From: Verrucomicrobiia bacterium
Lineage (GTDB): Bacteria > Verrucomicrobiota > Verrucomicrobiia > JADLBR01
DNA length: 64,000 nucleotides
Assembly: GCA_035387945.1 (NCBI GenBank)
Contig: DAOOOX010000003.1
Coordinates: 203,126-267,125 of the forward strand
Direction of reading: 5' to 3'
The translations under genes were made by a program, and so were the position numbers. Below are positions 48,192 to 58,263 of this stretch, piece by piece. The notes beneath the pieces were generated by a model. The model was not told the origin of the DNA and did not search any database. It saw only the letters and a list, made by a program, of their open reading frames with translations. How positions within the stretch are numbered: the stretch's first letter is position 1; the number at the start of each line of letters is the position of its first letter.

Positions 48192-48400
48192 GCCGGACGA
48201 CTGGCGAGAAAGGTTTTTGGTTTTGGGCGGGGACATGGGGTCCTCGCCCTTTATGAGAAGAGAAATACGCGGCCGGGCAGTCCGCCGCCTGCGACAAGGG
48301 CACGCCTCGTGGGTCCACATCACGGGGCATTTGACCCATGAGGCGTCCTCTTTCGCGGAGGCAGTCGCCCGGGCCGCGTCAAACATCGAGAGGGTACACC
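48192..48400 (+). promoter_or_regulatory. rpsO-pnp intergenic leader (probable autoregulatory/RNase III-processed structured 5' UTR of pnp)
   Basis: A 209-nt GC-rich leader with hairpin gggcggggacatggggtcctcgccc followed by tttatg. A conserved rpsO-pnp operon arrangement is known to carry a structured pnp leader. GAGAGGG RBS before ATG 48401. Confidence 0.4.
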
Positions 48401-50575
48401 ATGTCTGAAATCCATCGCATTTCCCGCCAGATCGGCGAGAACGAAATCACCATCGAGACCGGCAAGTTGGCCAACCTGGCCGACGGGGCCGTCACCGTCC
48501 GTTGCGGCGAGACCATCGTGCTCGTCACGGCCGTCTCCGCGGCGAAACCCAAGGAAGGCCAGAGCTTCTTCCCGTTGACCGTCGAGTACAGGGAGAAGGC
48601 AGCCGCCGTCGGCCGGATCCCGGGCGGCTATTTCAAGCGGGAGGGTCGCCCCAGCGAAAAGGAGATTCTCACCTGCCGGATGACCGATCGGCCGCTGAGG
48701 CCGCTCTTCCCCAAGGGTTACTTCTGCGACACGCAGGTCATTTCGACGCTGTTCTCGGCCGATGGCGAGGTCGATCCCGATATCCTCAGCATCAATGGCG
48801 CGTCGGCGGCCCTGACGATTTCGGATATCCCGTTCGCGGGACCGATCGGCGCGGTGCGCGTCGGCCGCGTGGAGGGCAAGTGGGTGGCCAACCCCGTCCA
48901 CAGCCAGATGGATCTGTCAGACATCGATCTAGTCTACTGCGGCACCGAGAAGCAGCCCCTCATGTTCGAGGGCAGCTCGATGGAGATCTCCGAGGCAGAT
49001 TTCCTCGCGGCGATGCACTTCGCGCAGGAGCAAGTGGCCCAGCTCATCGAGATGCAGAACGAGCTGCGTCGGCTCGCCGGCAAGCCCAAGCGCGACCCAG
49101 TGCTCTGGCCCGTCAAGGAGGAGTTCCTGGCCATCGCCTACGCCGTTGCGGGCGACCGCATCGAGTCGGCCATCTATAAGCCCGGCAAGGTCGAGCGCCA
49201 GAAGGCCGTTGCCGAACTGCAGGCCGAGGTCGAGGCCAAGATCAAGGAGAAGTATCCCGAGGCCACCAGATTCGAGATCGAACAGGCGTTTGGCGAAATG
49301 GAAAAGAAGGCGTTCCGGCGGAGCATCTTCGAGCGGAAGCAGCGCTGCGATGGGCGCGGCTTCGAGGACGTGCGGCCGCTGACGGCGGAAGTCGGCCTGT
49401 TGCCGCGGCCCCACGGCTCCTCGCTGTTCGCGCGCGGGGAGACGAAGACCGTCTGCCTGGCGACCCTGGCCCCGCTGACCGAGGTGCAGATGCTCGACGC
49501 CTACACCGGCGGCGAGCCCGAGAAGCGCTTTATTCTCCACTACCATTTCCCGCCGTTCTCCGTCGGCGAGACCGGGCGCTTCGGCAGCCCGGGGCGCCGC
49601 GAGATCGGCCACGGAGCGCTCGCCGAGCGCTCCATCGAGCCGATGGTCCCCCTCGAGGAAGAGTTCCCCTACGCCATCCGCGTCTCCTCGGAGATTGTGG
49701 AATCCAATGGCTCGACATCCATGGCATCGGTCTGCGCGGCCAGTCTGGCACTCATGGATGCCGGTGTGCCGCTCAAGGCGGCGGTGGCCGGCATCTCGGT
49801 CGGCCTGGTGACCGAGTTCGATGGGGCGGGGCACGTCGAGCGCTATGAGCTGCTCACCGACATCATCGGGAGCGAGGACCACTACGGTGACATGGACTGC
49901 AAGATCGCCGGCACCCGCCAAGGCATCACGGGCTTCCAGCTCGACCTCAAGCTCGGCGGCGTCGGCCTCGATATCATGGCCGAGGCCCTGGAGCGCGCCC
50001 GGGTCGCACGGCACAAGATTCTCGACACGATGGACTCGAGCCTCGCGGCCCCGCGGGCCGAGCTCTCGCCCCACGCGCCGCGCATCCGCACGCTCAAGAT
50101 CGATCCGGACAAGATCGGCGCCCTCATCGGTCCGGGCGGCAAGAACATCAAGGCCCTCACCGCCGAGACCGGCAGCGAGATCAACGTCCAAGACGACGGC
50201 ACCGTCCAGGTCTACTGCACCAATGTCAAAGGCATGGAGCGCGCCGTCGAACTCATCCAGGGGCTCACGGGAAACATCGAGGTCGGTCAGACCTATCAGG
50301 GCAGAGTCGTCACCATTAAAGACTTCGGCTGCTTCGTCGAGATTTTCCCAGGGAAAGATGGGCTCGTGCACATCAGCGAACTTGCCGAGAAACGCGTCGA
50401 GCGCGTCGAGGACGTCCTGAAAATGGGCGACGTGATAAAGGTCAAGTGCATCGGTGTGGATGACAAGGGCCGCGTCAAACTGAGCCGCAAGGCCGCGCTG
50501 CGCGAGGCGAAGGCCGCCGCCGAGGGTGGCAAACCCGCCGAGGGCGGCGAGAAGCCCGCCGAAGCGTCGCAGTAA
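48401..50575 (+). CDS. pnp: Polyribonucleotide nucleotidyltransferase (PNPase)
   Basis: MSEIHRISRQIGENEITIETGKLANLADGAV. Two RNase PH domains, KH (GPGGKNIKAL) and S1 (GRVVTIKDFGCFVEI). The track ORF start 48338 was trimmed to the ATG with an RBS. Confidence 0.95.
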   Translation: MSEIHRISRQIGENEITIETGKLANLADGAVTVRCGETIVLVTAVSAAKPKEGQSFFPLTVEYREKAAAVGRIPGGYFKREGRPSEKEILTCRMTDRPLRPLFPKGYFCDTQVISTLFSADGEVDPDILSINGASAALTISDIPFAGPIGAVRVGRVEGKWVANPVHSQMDLSDIDLVYCGTEKQPLMFEGSSMEISEADFLAAMHFAQEQVAQLIEMQNELRRLAGKPKRDPVLWPVKEEFLAIAYAVAGDRIESAIYKPGKVERQKAVAELQAEVEAKIKEKYPEATRFEIEQAFGEMEKKAFRRSIFERKQRCDGRGFEDVRPLTAEVGLLPRPHGSSLFARGETKTVCLATLAPLTEVQMLDAYTGGEPEKRFILHYHFPPFSVGETGRFGSPGRREIGHGALAERSIEPMVPLEEEFPYAIRVSSEIVESNGSTSMASVCAASLALMDAGVPLKAAVAGISVGLVTEFDGAGHVERYELLTDIIGSEDHYGDMDCKIAGTRQGITGFQLDLKLGGVGLDIMAEALERARVARHKILDTMDSSLAAPRAELSPHAPRIRTLKIDPDKIGALIGPGGKNIKALTAETGSEINVQDDGTVQVYCTNVKGMERAVELIQGLTGNIEVGQTYQGRVVTIKDFGCFVEIFPGKDGLVHISELAEKRVERVEDVLKMGDVIKVKCIGVDDKGRVKLSRKAALREAKAAAEGGKPAEGGEKPAEASQ

Positions 50576-50606
50576 AGCCCGCACGCCACACCAGTGCGAT
50601 GGGTTT

Positions 50607-50636
50607 GGGAGGGACGCCGGCCTCGGCGTCCGCAGC
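50607..50636 (+). terminator. R1-type GC hairpin (ggacgccgg cctc ggcgtcc) 35 nt after the pnp stop; candidate U-tract-less terminator
   Basis: Stem of 8-9 bp. No T-run, which is common in high-GC genomes. The same hairpin follows several other genes here. Confidence 0.3.
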
Positions 50637-50801
50637 CCACCCGTATGCGTTGATCCCTGTTCCGTGGCCAACGTGGCCAACGTGGTCTCGCGGGCCGGGT
50701 CGGCCCAGGTGTCGCGCGGGCTGGTCAATCGCGGACGCCGGGGACGGCGTCCCCCCCGGTGGAGACTCGCACGACGTGCCCCGATCTGCTATCAAGCAAC
50801 C

Positions 50802-51098
50802 ATGGCACGCCGAACGGGGGCCGCGGGCAGGCGACGACGGAGAAAACGCCCGAATACCACAAGAGGCATTGTGGGATTTGCGATATTCGTCGGGCTGCTC
50901 GCCGCCATCGCGTGGTTTGCACTTCGGAGGCCCCCCGCTCCATCCGTCGATGATCAGGTCATGGAGATGATCCGGGAGAATCCCTCGGCAGAGGTGCTCG
51001 CCCCAGGCCCGGGTGGCGCGTCCGAAAAGGAGACGCCCGAAGTTCTTCAGTTGGAGGAACCCCAGAGACGGTCCCGAAAGACTCACCCCGCTCGGTGA
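50802..51098 (+). CDS. Small basic single-pass membrane protein (hypothetical)
   Basis: MARRTGAAGRRRRRKRPNTTRGIVGFAIFVGLLAAIAWFALRR... gives an Arg-rich N-terminus + one TM helix + acidic tail. Uses only the last third of track ORF 50526..51098. Confidence 0.3.
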   Translation: MARRTGAAGRRRRRKRPNTTRGIVGFAIFVGLLAAIAWFALRRPPAPSVDDQVMEMIRENPSAEVLAPGPGGASEKETPEVLQLEEPQRRSRKTHPAR

Positions 51099-51102
51099 GC
51101 GC

Positions 51103-51957
51103 TCATCCCGCGCGACGCATTTCGGCGACCGGCGCCGCCGGGATGATGGGAAAATGAATGGCCTCGAGGCCCAGGCTCTGCGCCAGCGGCACGGTCTCTG
51201 CGCGGTTGATCTCGCCCCGTTCCGCGCCCGCATCCGGGCTTGGCGCGGGCGGCCGCATCGTCGGCTTGGCCGACGTGACTTCCACGAGTTCGTCCACGAG
51301 GAATTTCGCGGGGACCTGGCCCAGGCGAATCTCATCGCCGGCCTGTAGAACGGCGTCCTTGATGCGATGCCCGGCCAGATACGTCCCGTTTGCCGAACCC
51401 ACATCGTGGAGCATCACCCCGAAGTCATGCCGTTCCACGCGCGCGTGCTCGCGCGACACCGATGGCTCCTCGATCATCAGATCGTTGTCCTTCGCCCGCC
51501 CGATCCGGACCATCGGTTTGTCCAGCCGGACAACATGCTCCTGACCGTGCAGCCAGAATTTCAGGCTGGGCAGCGACTGGCGCATCATCCGGTCCGTGGG
51601 GCGGGCCTTGCGAGCCGATGGTGTCCGCCCGTCCGTATAGCGCGCCGCGTCGAGCAGCAATTCCGCGTACGACATCTGGATCGTCCGGAAGCGCGTGCCC
51701 TCATCGAGTGTGAACGCGGTGGGAGGGTCCGGCAGGTTGATCATATCGATGGCCGCCTGCACGCCCCTGCGACCCCCGAACACGGCATCCACCACCTCGC
51801 CCTTCAACAGAAATATCTTCCCGCGATCATTGTTGTGGAAAATGTGGAGGACCCCCGTGGTTCGCCCTTCCGCATAGGCCTGGATCTGATTCGCGACGGC
51901 ACCCGACGCCCCCGGCCGTGCCGTTCCGGTATCTGACCCCATAAGCGCCGTGCTCAT
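51103..51957 (-). CDS. DUF4388 + FHA domain protein (paralog of 326..1123)
   Basis: FHA block MVRIGRAKDNDLMIEEPSVSREHARVERHDFGVMLHDVGSANGTYLAGHRI. Start at ATG 51957 (MSTALMGSD). Confidence 0.7.
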   Translation of the reverse strand: MSTALMGSDTGTARPGASGAVANQIQAYAEGRTTGVLHIFHNNDRGKIFLLKGEVVDAVFGGRRGVQAAIDMINLPDPPTAFTLDEGTRFRTIQMSYAELLLDAARYTDGRTPSARKARPTDRMMRQSLPSLKFWLHGQEHVVRLDKPMVRIGRAKDNDLMIEEPSVSREHARVERHDFGVMLHDVGSANGTYLAGHRIKDAVLQAGDEIRLGQVPAKFLVDELVEVTSAKPTMRPPAPSPDAGAERGEINRAETVPLAQSLGLEAIHFPIIPAAPVAEMRRAG

Positions 51958-52222
51958 TCGATGGAAAGCCTGAAAGACAAAACTTACTGCCTTCGGCGCA
52001 ACACGTAAAGGACTGACCGAACTTAACGTTGGATTTGGACGAGACTCACGTCTCAAGTGCCATCGCATCCATCTGTGGTTGAGCTGATTGCGAACATAAA
52101 AGGCCGCGGCGACCGTCGGTCAACGGCTCAGCCTGATTCCGGGCGCGCCGCATCATTCATGGGAAAACTCGACGCCGTCGCCGCCTGACACAGGTGGCCA
52201 ACTGGGGACTGGAGCATCGGCA

Positions 52223-53656
52223 ATGAGGCGACTTGAACCTCTGGCACATTCCCGCAAGCTCGTCCTACGCCATGGCGGCCACAAGCAGTCCCATCGGCAT
52301 GAAACCGTGCATCTGATAAACCTGACGCGCGCCAACGAGATCGGCGCGAATTGTTACCTGATCGAATGGGATGGGTTGAAGCTCGTGCTGGACGCCGGGT
52401 TGCACCCGAGACTGGATGGGCCAGCGGCGCTTCCTGACACATCGCTGTTGCCGCCAGGAGAGATCGACGCATTTTTCGTCAGTCACGCGCACCTTGACCA
52501 CGTCGGTTCCCTGCCGGTGCTGATGCGAAACCAGCCGGAGGCACACGTGCTGATGACGGAGCCAACGGGACTTCTCGCGGACCCGCTGCTGCACAACGCG
52601 GCCAACGTCATGCACAAGCGGGCCGAAGAGGGGCGAGATGCGGTCGTGCGCCTCTTTGGCCACGCGGAGGTGTCGCAGTCGGTGAAGCGTTGGCGCTCCT
52701 GCCCCCTTGAGCGCGAGCGCGCGCTGGGCGATCTGCGTTTCCAGTTCTTCGCATCGGGGCACATCCTCGGCGCGGCCGGCATCCGCATCGAGGGTGGCGG
52801 CTCCACGCTCTTCTACACCGGCGATGTCAACTTCCGCGACCAGACGCTCTCGCGCAAGGCGGCCTTCCCCCACGACCGGGTCGACGCGCTGATCGTCGAG
52901 ACCACGCGGGGCGCCGCGCCCGCCCCCCCCGACTTTTCGCGCAAGGCCGAACTGAGCCGGTTGGCCGAAAAGATCCGCGCGGTCTTCGAACGGAAGGGCG
53001 CGATCCTCATGCCGGCCTTCGCGCTCGGCAAAACGCAGGAGGCGATCTCGGCAATCCACGCCATGATCCGCCGCGATGAGATTCCCGAGTGCCCGGTCTT
53101 CATCGGCGGCCTGAGCTGGCGCCTGACCGCCCTGCACGATGGGCTCGCCGACGAATACCCGCGCGATCTCCCGAAGCTCCGCATCATCGAGCACATCGGG
53201 CCGCGCCTGCTCACCGGGCGCGAGATAGGCTCCCATCGCCTCATCCCAGGCGCCATCTATCTCCTGTCCTCCGGCATGATGATCGAGCGCACGCTCTCAA
53301 ACCTGCTCGCTCAGCGGATGCTCGCCGAAGAACGTCACGCCATCTTCTTCATCGGCTACTGCGATCCGGCATCGCCCGCGGGCCGCCTCCGCGCGGCCCA
53401 TGCCGATGGCACGCGCGTGGAACTCGACCCGCGCCTCGGCCCCCAGCCGATCCATTGCGAGGTGGATCACTTTGAACTGACCGCACACGCCCTCAGGGAA
53501 GATATCCTCGAATACATTCTCTCGGTTGATCCGAAGCACGTCGTCCTCGTCCACGGCGATCCGGCCGCGCTCGAGTGGTTCCGGGGCGAGATAGTCGGAC
53601 GTCGGCCCACGATGCGCGTCACGATCCCGGCGCCCGGCGCCAGGGTGCCGCTCTAG
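52223..53656 (+). CDS. MBL-fold beta-CASP RNA-metabolising hydrolase (RNase J/CPSF-like)
   Basis: FVSHAHLDHVGSLP (HxHxDH) and beta-CASP-like blocks FYTGDVNFRDQ, LVHGDPAAL. The N-terminal approx. 25 codons are uncertain (possible GTG start near 52295). Confidence 0.8.
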   Translation: MRRLEPLAHSRKLVLRHGGHKQSHRHETVHLINLTRANEIGANCYLIEWDGLKLVLDAGLHPRLDGPAALPDTSLLPPGEIDAFFVSHAHLDHVGSLPVLMRNQPEAHVLMTEPTGLLADPLLHNAANVMHKRAEEGRDAVVRLFGHAEVSQSVKRWRSCPLERERALGDLRFQFFASGHILGAAGIRIEGGGSTLFYTGDVNFRDQTLSRKAAFPHDRVDALIVETTRGAAPAPPDFSRKAELSRLAEKIRAVFERKGAILMPAFALGKTQEAISAIHAMIRRDEIPECPVFIGGLSWRLTALHDGLADEYPRDLPKLRIIEHIGPRLLTGREIGSHRLIPGAIYLLSSGMMIERTLSNLLAQRMLAEERHAIFFIGYCDPASPAGRLRAAHADGTRVELDPRLGPQPIHCEVDHFELTAHALREDILEYILSVDPKHVVLVHGDPAALEWFRGEIVGRRPTMRVTIPAPGARVPL

Positions 53657-53662
53657 TCGCCC

Positions 53663-54036
53663 GCATCAGCCGGGAGGGGCGCCGTCCCCGGCGTCCGCGA
53701 TCCACCGACCCCGCGACACCAGGGCCGACCCGGCCCGCGGGGCGAAAGTGTCTCAAAATCTCTGAACAGCGCCGCCTGACACAGGCGGCCTACAAATTTT
53801 GTAGGGCGTCTCTGCGAGACGCCGCCCTTTGTCGCACGCCGCACGCCATTGGACGTCCCCTCTATCATCAGATGGGCATTGATTGTTGGATGGTCCGTGT
53901 TGGGCGTTTGAGTTTTGAGACAGCCTCGGCCCGCGGGCCCTCCCCAGGACGCCCGCATCAGCCGGGAGGGGCGCCGTCCCCGGCGTCCGCGATCCACCGG
54001 CCCCGCGACACCAGGGCCGACCCGGCCCGCGGGGCC
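53663..54036. repeat. Composite repeat block: R1 unit (53663-53745) + R2 MITE-like element (53749-53925, inverted relative to 4261-4440) + second R1 unit (53955-54036)
   Basis: TIRs tgtctcaaaa/ttttgagacagcc. Subunits gccgcctgacacaggcggc, cctacaaattttgtagg, gcgtctctgcgagacgcc. Produces the pseudo-ORFs 53575..54147, 53653..53997 and 53753..54322. Confidence 0.75.
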
Positions 54037-54126
54037 GCGGGTGCTCGCCAGGATGCCCGCCCGTGCCAGGCGGCATTCGGATACCCTTCAAATAAACCGG
54101 CGGTCTTGCCAGAGGAATCTGTCGGC

Positions 54127-55863
54127 CTAAGCCCGGCAGATTCCTAGCGCCAGCTCCAGCACCGGGAACGGCAGCCAGAACGGCGCCTCCTCGCGTCCGA
54201 TGAAAACCCCGGGGCGCTTCTTCGCCACGGCCACGATCTCTTCCCAGGAATGCGGGCCGACGCTTTTCTCCCCGACGGCATAAAACCAGCCGCCGGCGCC
54301 GCGCCCGATCTCGGCCGCCCAATCCAACGCGGTCTTCACCGCCGTCTCCATCTCGGCCTCATCGATATTGGAATCCGCGTTGAGGTCGAAGGAGAGCAGG
54401 TGGGCGCGGTGCTGCTTGAGCCAGTCGCGCACCGCCGCGCGTCGCCCCTTGACCTCCTCGGCCTTGCGGGTGAGTTCTTGCGAGAGGGACAGCAGCCTCT
54501 CGGGATCCTGGCCCAGTTTGCCGAGGAACTCGGGCAATTGGATGCCGGCATTGCGGGCGATGTCGTGGATCGGCGGCAGCGCGCCGACCAGTCCCGACAG
54601 GAAATTGGCGGTGCTGTTCTTGCCGGACGCATCGCGCCCCGTATCCCAGACCGTCACCTTATCGATCTTGAGATTGGAGATCGCCTTGACCTGTTCTTCC
54701 ACCAGCTTGGGCATCTGCTCGGAGAGCAGCATCAGGGCCGCGCCCTCGGGGCTCGCGCCGCACGCCTGCACGAGTTGCGAGAAGCCCTCGGCCTTGCGCA
54801 TGAGGATGGCCAAGAGACCCGCGGCCTGGGCCTCCATCATCGAGCGGACGCCGTCGGCCTCGCCCTTCTTGGTGCGGCGGGTCTGCTCGGCCTGGGCCTC
54901 GGCGAGAGTCTCGATGCGCTTCTTCTCGATCTCGGCGGGCACCACGATGTTCGCAAACTGCGTGGCCTCCTCGCGCTTGGCGCGCTGGCGTTCCGACAAC
55001 TCTTCGGCGGCGTAGGCCTCCTGCAGGGCCTGCGCGGATTTGACCTTCTCGGCGGCGGACGCGGCCCGCTCGGCCTCGGCCTCCTGCTGGCGGCGCGCGG
55101 CGTCCGATTGCGCGACCCGGACCTTGGCGAGGTTCTCGCCCTCGACGGCCGTGGCCCCCGCGCTGGCCACTTTGACACGCTGGTCCCGCTGCGCCTCGGC
55201 CCTGCCAATCTCTCCATCGCGCTCCTGCTGGGCGACCTTGACCTTCGCCTCGTTGATCGCGCGCGCCGCCGCCTCCTTGCCCAGCGCATCGATGTAGCCC
55301 GACTCGTCGGTGATGTCCTGGATGTTGACGTTGATCAGCCGGAGCCCGACCTTCTTCAGCTCGACCTCGACCCCCATCGAGATATTGGAGATCAGCTTGT
55401 CGCGGTCGGCGTTGATCTCCTCGATCGGCATGGTCGCGATAACCACGCGCATCTGGCCGAAGATGATGTCTCGCGCCAGCTCCCGGATCTGCTCCAGCGT
55501 TAGCCCGAGGAGGCGCTCCGCGGCGTTCTCCATGACGCCCGGCTCGGTCGAGATGCCCACCATGAACGTCGAGGGCGTGTCGACGCGGATGTTCTGCTGG
55601 GAGAGCGCGCCCTCCAGCTTGATGTCGATGGGGATCGGCGTCAGGTCCAGAAACTGGTAGTCTTGGAATACCGGCCAGACGAACGTGCCGCCGCCGTGGT
55701 AGCAGCGCGCCGATAGGCCCGCCCCGCCCACCTTGCCGTACACCACAAGGATGCGGTCCGAGGGACAGCGCTTGAAACGGCTGGCATAGAAGAACATCGC
55801 CAGGAAAAAGATAAGGACGCCACCCGCCCCCAGGATCACCACATCAAACCCGCTCTCAACCAT
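54127..55863 (-). CDS. Flotillin-like SPFH/band-7 protein (YqiK/FloA family)
   Basis: N-terminal TM VVILGAGGVLIFFLAMFFY. SPFH domain. A long charged coiled coil with EA-rich repeats. Confidence 0.85.
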   Translation of the reverse strand: MVESGFDVVILGAGGVLIFFLAMFFYASRFKRCPSDRILVVYGKVGGAGLSARCYHGGGTFVWPVFQDYQFLDLTPIPIDIKLEGALSQQNIRVDTPSTFMVGISTEPGVMENAAERLLGLTLEQIRELARDIIFGQMRVVIATMPIEEINADRDKLISNISMGVEVELKKVGLRLINVNIQDITDESGYIDALGKEAAARAINEAKVKVAQQERDGEIGRAEAQRDQRVKVASAGATAVEGENLAKVRVAQSDAARRQQEAEAERAASAAEKVKSAQALQEAYAAEELSERQRAKREEATQFANIVVPAEIEKKRIETLAEAQAEQTRRTKKGEADGVRSMMEAQAAGLLAILMRKAEGFSQLVQACGASPEGAALMLLSEQMPKLVEEQVKAISNLKIDKVTVWDTGRDASGKNSTANFLSGLVGALPPIHDIARNAGIQLPEFLGKLGQDPERLLSLSQELTRKAEEVKGRRAAVRDWLKQHRAHLLSFDLNADSNIDEAEMETAVKTALDWAAEIGRGAGGWFYAVGEKSVGPHSWEEIVAVAKKRPGVFIGREEAPFWLPFPVLELALGICRA

Positions 55864-55902
55864 ATCGATCTCCTCCGTATCCGCACCCGCCGCTGATTTC
55901 GA

Positions 55903-56517
55903 CTACAGGGGCTCGACCTCGAGCGTCTGCGCGTCGATCAGCCCCGTGATTTTCACCTTCGCCTGCGGCGCAAGGGGCGCCGCCTGGGCGGTCATCGCCC
56001 GCACCGTCTGCAGCCGCCCCTGAACCAGAACTTCCACCTGTCCGACGCCGCCCCGCCCCGCCGGAATCGTCACGTATACGGTCGCGGTCTGCCCGACCGC
56101 ATTCCGATAATCCAGCGTCCCGCTCGACCGCAGGCCCAGCAGTGCCCGGATCAACAGCGCCAGCAGGACGAGCATGGTGCCGCCCACCACGATGCCGATC
56201 GCAACGGCCGCACCGAGCGGCAGCCCGCGGCGCAGCGCGATCACGCCCGACCACCCAAACCCAAAGAAAAACGCCACGATCGTCCGCGAGGAAACAAGCT
56301 TCAGCCCCCCGAGCGTGTCCCCGTGATGCGCGCCTGCGGCATGCGCATCGGCCGCGCCCGCGCCCACGTCATGCCCAAGACCGCCCCCGCCGTCGTCGGC
56401 ATCAATCCCTCCCAAGACCGTCAGCAGGAGCTGTATCCCCAGCGTGAGGGTCGCCAGGATCGCGATCCCATAAAAAATCTGCCGCTCGATCGAAAGGGCG
56501 TCCCACCACGTGATCAT
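55903..56517 (-). CDS. YqiJ/NfeD-like membrane protein (OB-fold C-terminus), operon partner of the flotillin
   Basis: Start at ATG 56517 (MITWWDALSIERQIFYGIAILATL...). His-rich loop GLGHDVGAGAADAHAAGAHHGDTLGG. C-terminal OB-fold-like ...VKITGLIDAQTLEVEPL. A 39-nt gap precedes the flotillin gene. Confidence 0.65.
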   Translation of the reverse strand: MITWWDALSIERQIFYGIAILATLTLGIQLLLTVLGGIDADDGGGGLGHDVGAGAADAHAAGAHHGDTLGGLKLVSSRTIVAFFFGFGWSGVIALRRGLPLGAAVAIGIVVGGTMLVLLALLIRALLGLRSSGTLDYRNAVGQTATVYVTIPAGRGGVGQVEVLVQGRLQTVRAMTAQAAPLAPQAKVKITGLIDAQTLEVEPL

Positions 56518-56826
56518 AATCAACCCACCGCCCCACCAGTGAATCGCCCGGGCGCGCCGTTGGCGAGAGGAAAAACCGGGGAACCCACGCGACTTCAGGA
56601 CCGTCGAGGACGTGGGAAATGACGCCGCGAGCAAACCCAGCCTTTCGGATGTCGGGATAACATGGCCGACCGAAGCCCGCAGTCCATCCCTTCTCCCCCG
56701 TTCGCCCTGAGCCCGCCGAAGGGCGCCGTGGCGCGGCTGGCATCGCGTGACTCTCAAAAATTTTTTCGTATGGGACAGCCGGTGTCCCATCCCTCGCCCT
56801 AGGGTTAGGACAAGGCCACATGCGTC

Positions 56827-58263
56827 ATGAATGAGTCAACCCAGACTGGCGAAGACCCGGCCGAGTGCGATCAGGAATCGCTGCACCGATTTCGCGCCGC
56901 CGATGCGTACATGGAACTGGGCATGGCGGACGAGGCGTTGAACGAGCTGACCGCGGTGCGATCCGACTCCCCGGGCAGGCCCCATGCGGAGTTCCGGGTC
57001 ATGTGTTTGGAGGTCGCGTTGGGCCGCTATCGGGAGGCCATCGAACGCGGCCGGGGTTTGGAGCGTTCCGGCTGCCAGAGCGACCTGCTCCACGATTGGA
57101 TTGGGCTCGCCCACCATCTGGCAGGGCAGAATCGCGAGGCCATGCAGGCATGGCAGCCGCTTCTGCCCGAAATGTGGGACGATGACAACAGGAGCTATGG
57201 CATGGCCTGTGCCATGGCGGAGGTCGGGGATTTTGCGTCGGCCGTCCGATGGTTGGTCCAATGCTTCTCACTGTCCACCAAGTTCCATGACAAGGCCTTC
57301 TTCGACGTTGAGATCGAACCCCTTCTAAAACACGGTGCCGAAGGCCCGGTGGGGATCTGGGCTCTCCCCTTCGCACACCCGGCGTTTCAGCGGGCCCTCG
57401 AACGCGCACGGACCTCGAAGGGAGAGATACGCGCCGATCCCCGGTTGCGCGACGTGGCCCCGGTGCATGTCCGCCCATGGCTTGAAACCGATCTGGTCAC
57501 CACCACCGTGCAGTTGCATCCACGGACGCCACCCGACCTGCGCCACGCCTATCTTGAATGGCAGGATTGTCGCCTGGCGGCGAACGCCTCCCGGGGCGAA
57601 ATGGCCGCCAGGCGGGCCACGCAGTGGATCCTGGACCATCAGCTCGCCTGGGCTGAGGCCCATGCCCGCCGGGGCAATCCGCTCGGTGCCCGATACCATG
57701 CGCTCTTCGCCATCGCGCATCGTCCCGCCGATTATGACCGGGCCTCGGAACGCCTCCGTCCCCTGGGCATGGGATACCTTTTCGATGATCTTCAGGATCT
57801 GTCGCGCGACGAGGCCATCCACCTGGCGGTCCTGTGGCTTGGGTCGATTTGGCGCACCGTTCGCCTGCGCGAGGAACTGCAGGACCTCGGCACGGCCGCC
57901 AAGCGCACCGGCCTGGCCCTCTTCCTGAAAGGCGGCCTCCTGCGAAACGAAGGAGATCTGTCGGCAGCCGCAAGCGCCTATCACCAGGCCACGGCGCGTT
58001 GGCCTCAGGACCCCTCCCCGTGGATCAATCGCATCGCGATCCTCACCGAAATGGGACGCCGGGACGAGGCCGCCACCCTCTTCCAGTCCGCCCCCGCCTG
58101 TTGTGCCGTGCTGCGCGTCTGGGAAACGTTCGCGGCCCGCCTTCGCAACCGCGGTGCCTGCATCACCGACCCCACTTATGACTCGTTCTACGGTCAGCCC
58201 GACCTCGGCGGCATCCTGGTGCCTCCGTGGCACATCGAATCGCCCGACCCGCCATGCGCCTGA
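56827..58263 (+). CDS. Hypothetical alpha-helical (TPR-like) protein
   Basis: A 478-aa ORF with no recognisable catalytic motif. Helical repeat character only. Confidence 0.45.
   Translation: MNESTQTGEDPAECDQESLHRFRAADAYMELGMADEALNELTAVRSDSPGRPHAEFRVMCLEVALGRYREAIERGRGLERSGCQSDLLHDWIGLAHHLAGQNREAMQAWQPLLPEMWDDDNRSYGMACAMAEVGDFASAVRWLVQCFSLSTKFHDKAFFDVEIEPLLKHGAEGPVGIWALPFAHPAFQRALERARTSKGEIRADPRLRDVAPVHVRPWLETDLVTTTVQLHPRTPPDLRHAYLEWQDCRLAANASRGEMAARRATQWILDHQLAWAEAHARRGNPLGARYHALFAIAHRPADYDRASERLRPLGMGYLFDDLQDLSRDEAIHLAVLWLGSIWRTVRLREELQDLGTAAKRTGLALFLKGGLLRNEGDLSAAASAYHQATARWPQDPSPWINRIAILTEMGRRDEAATLFQSAPACCAVLRVWETFAARLRNRGACITDPTYDSFYGQPDLGGILVPPWHIESPDPPCA

Noticed and set aside
50526-50801. 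N-terminal two-thirds of ORF 50526..51098
   Set aside because: It overlaps the R1 hairpin and intergenic region after pnp and is Arg/Pro-rich. Only the distal ATG (approx. 50802) gives a plausible small membrane protein, and even that is low confidence.
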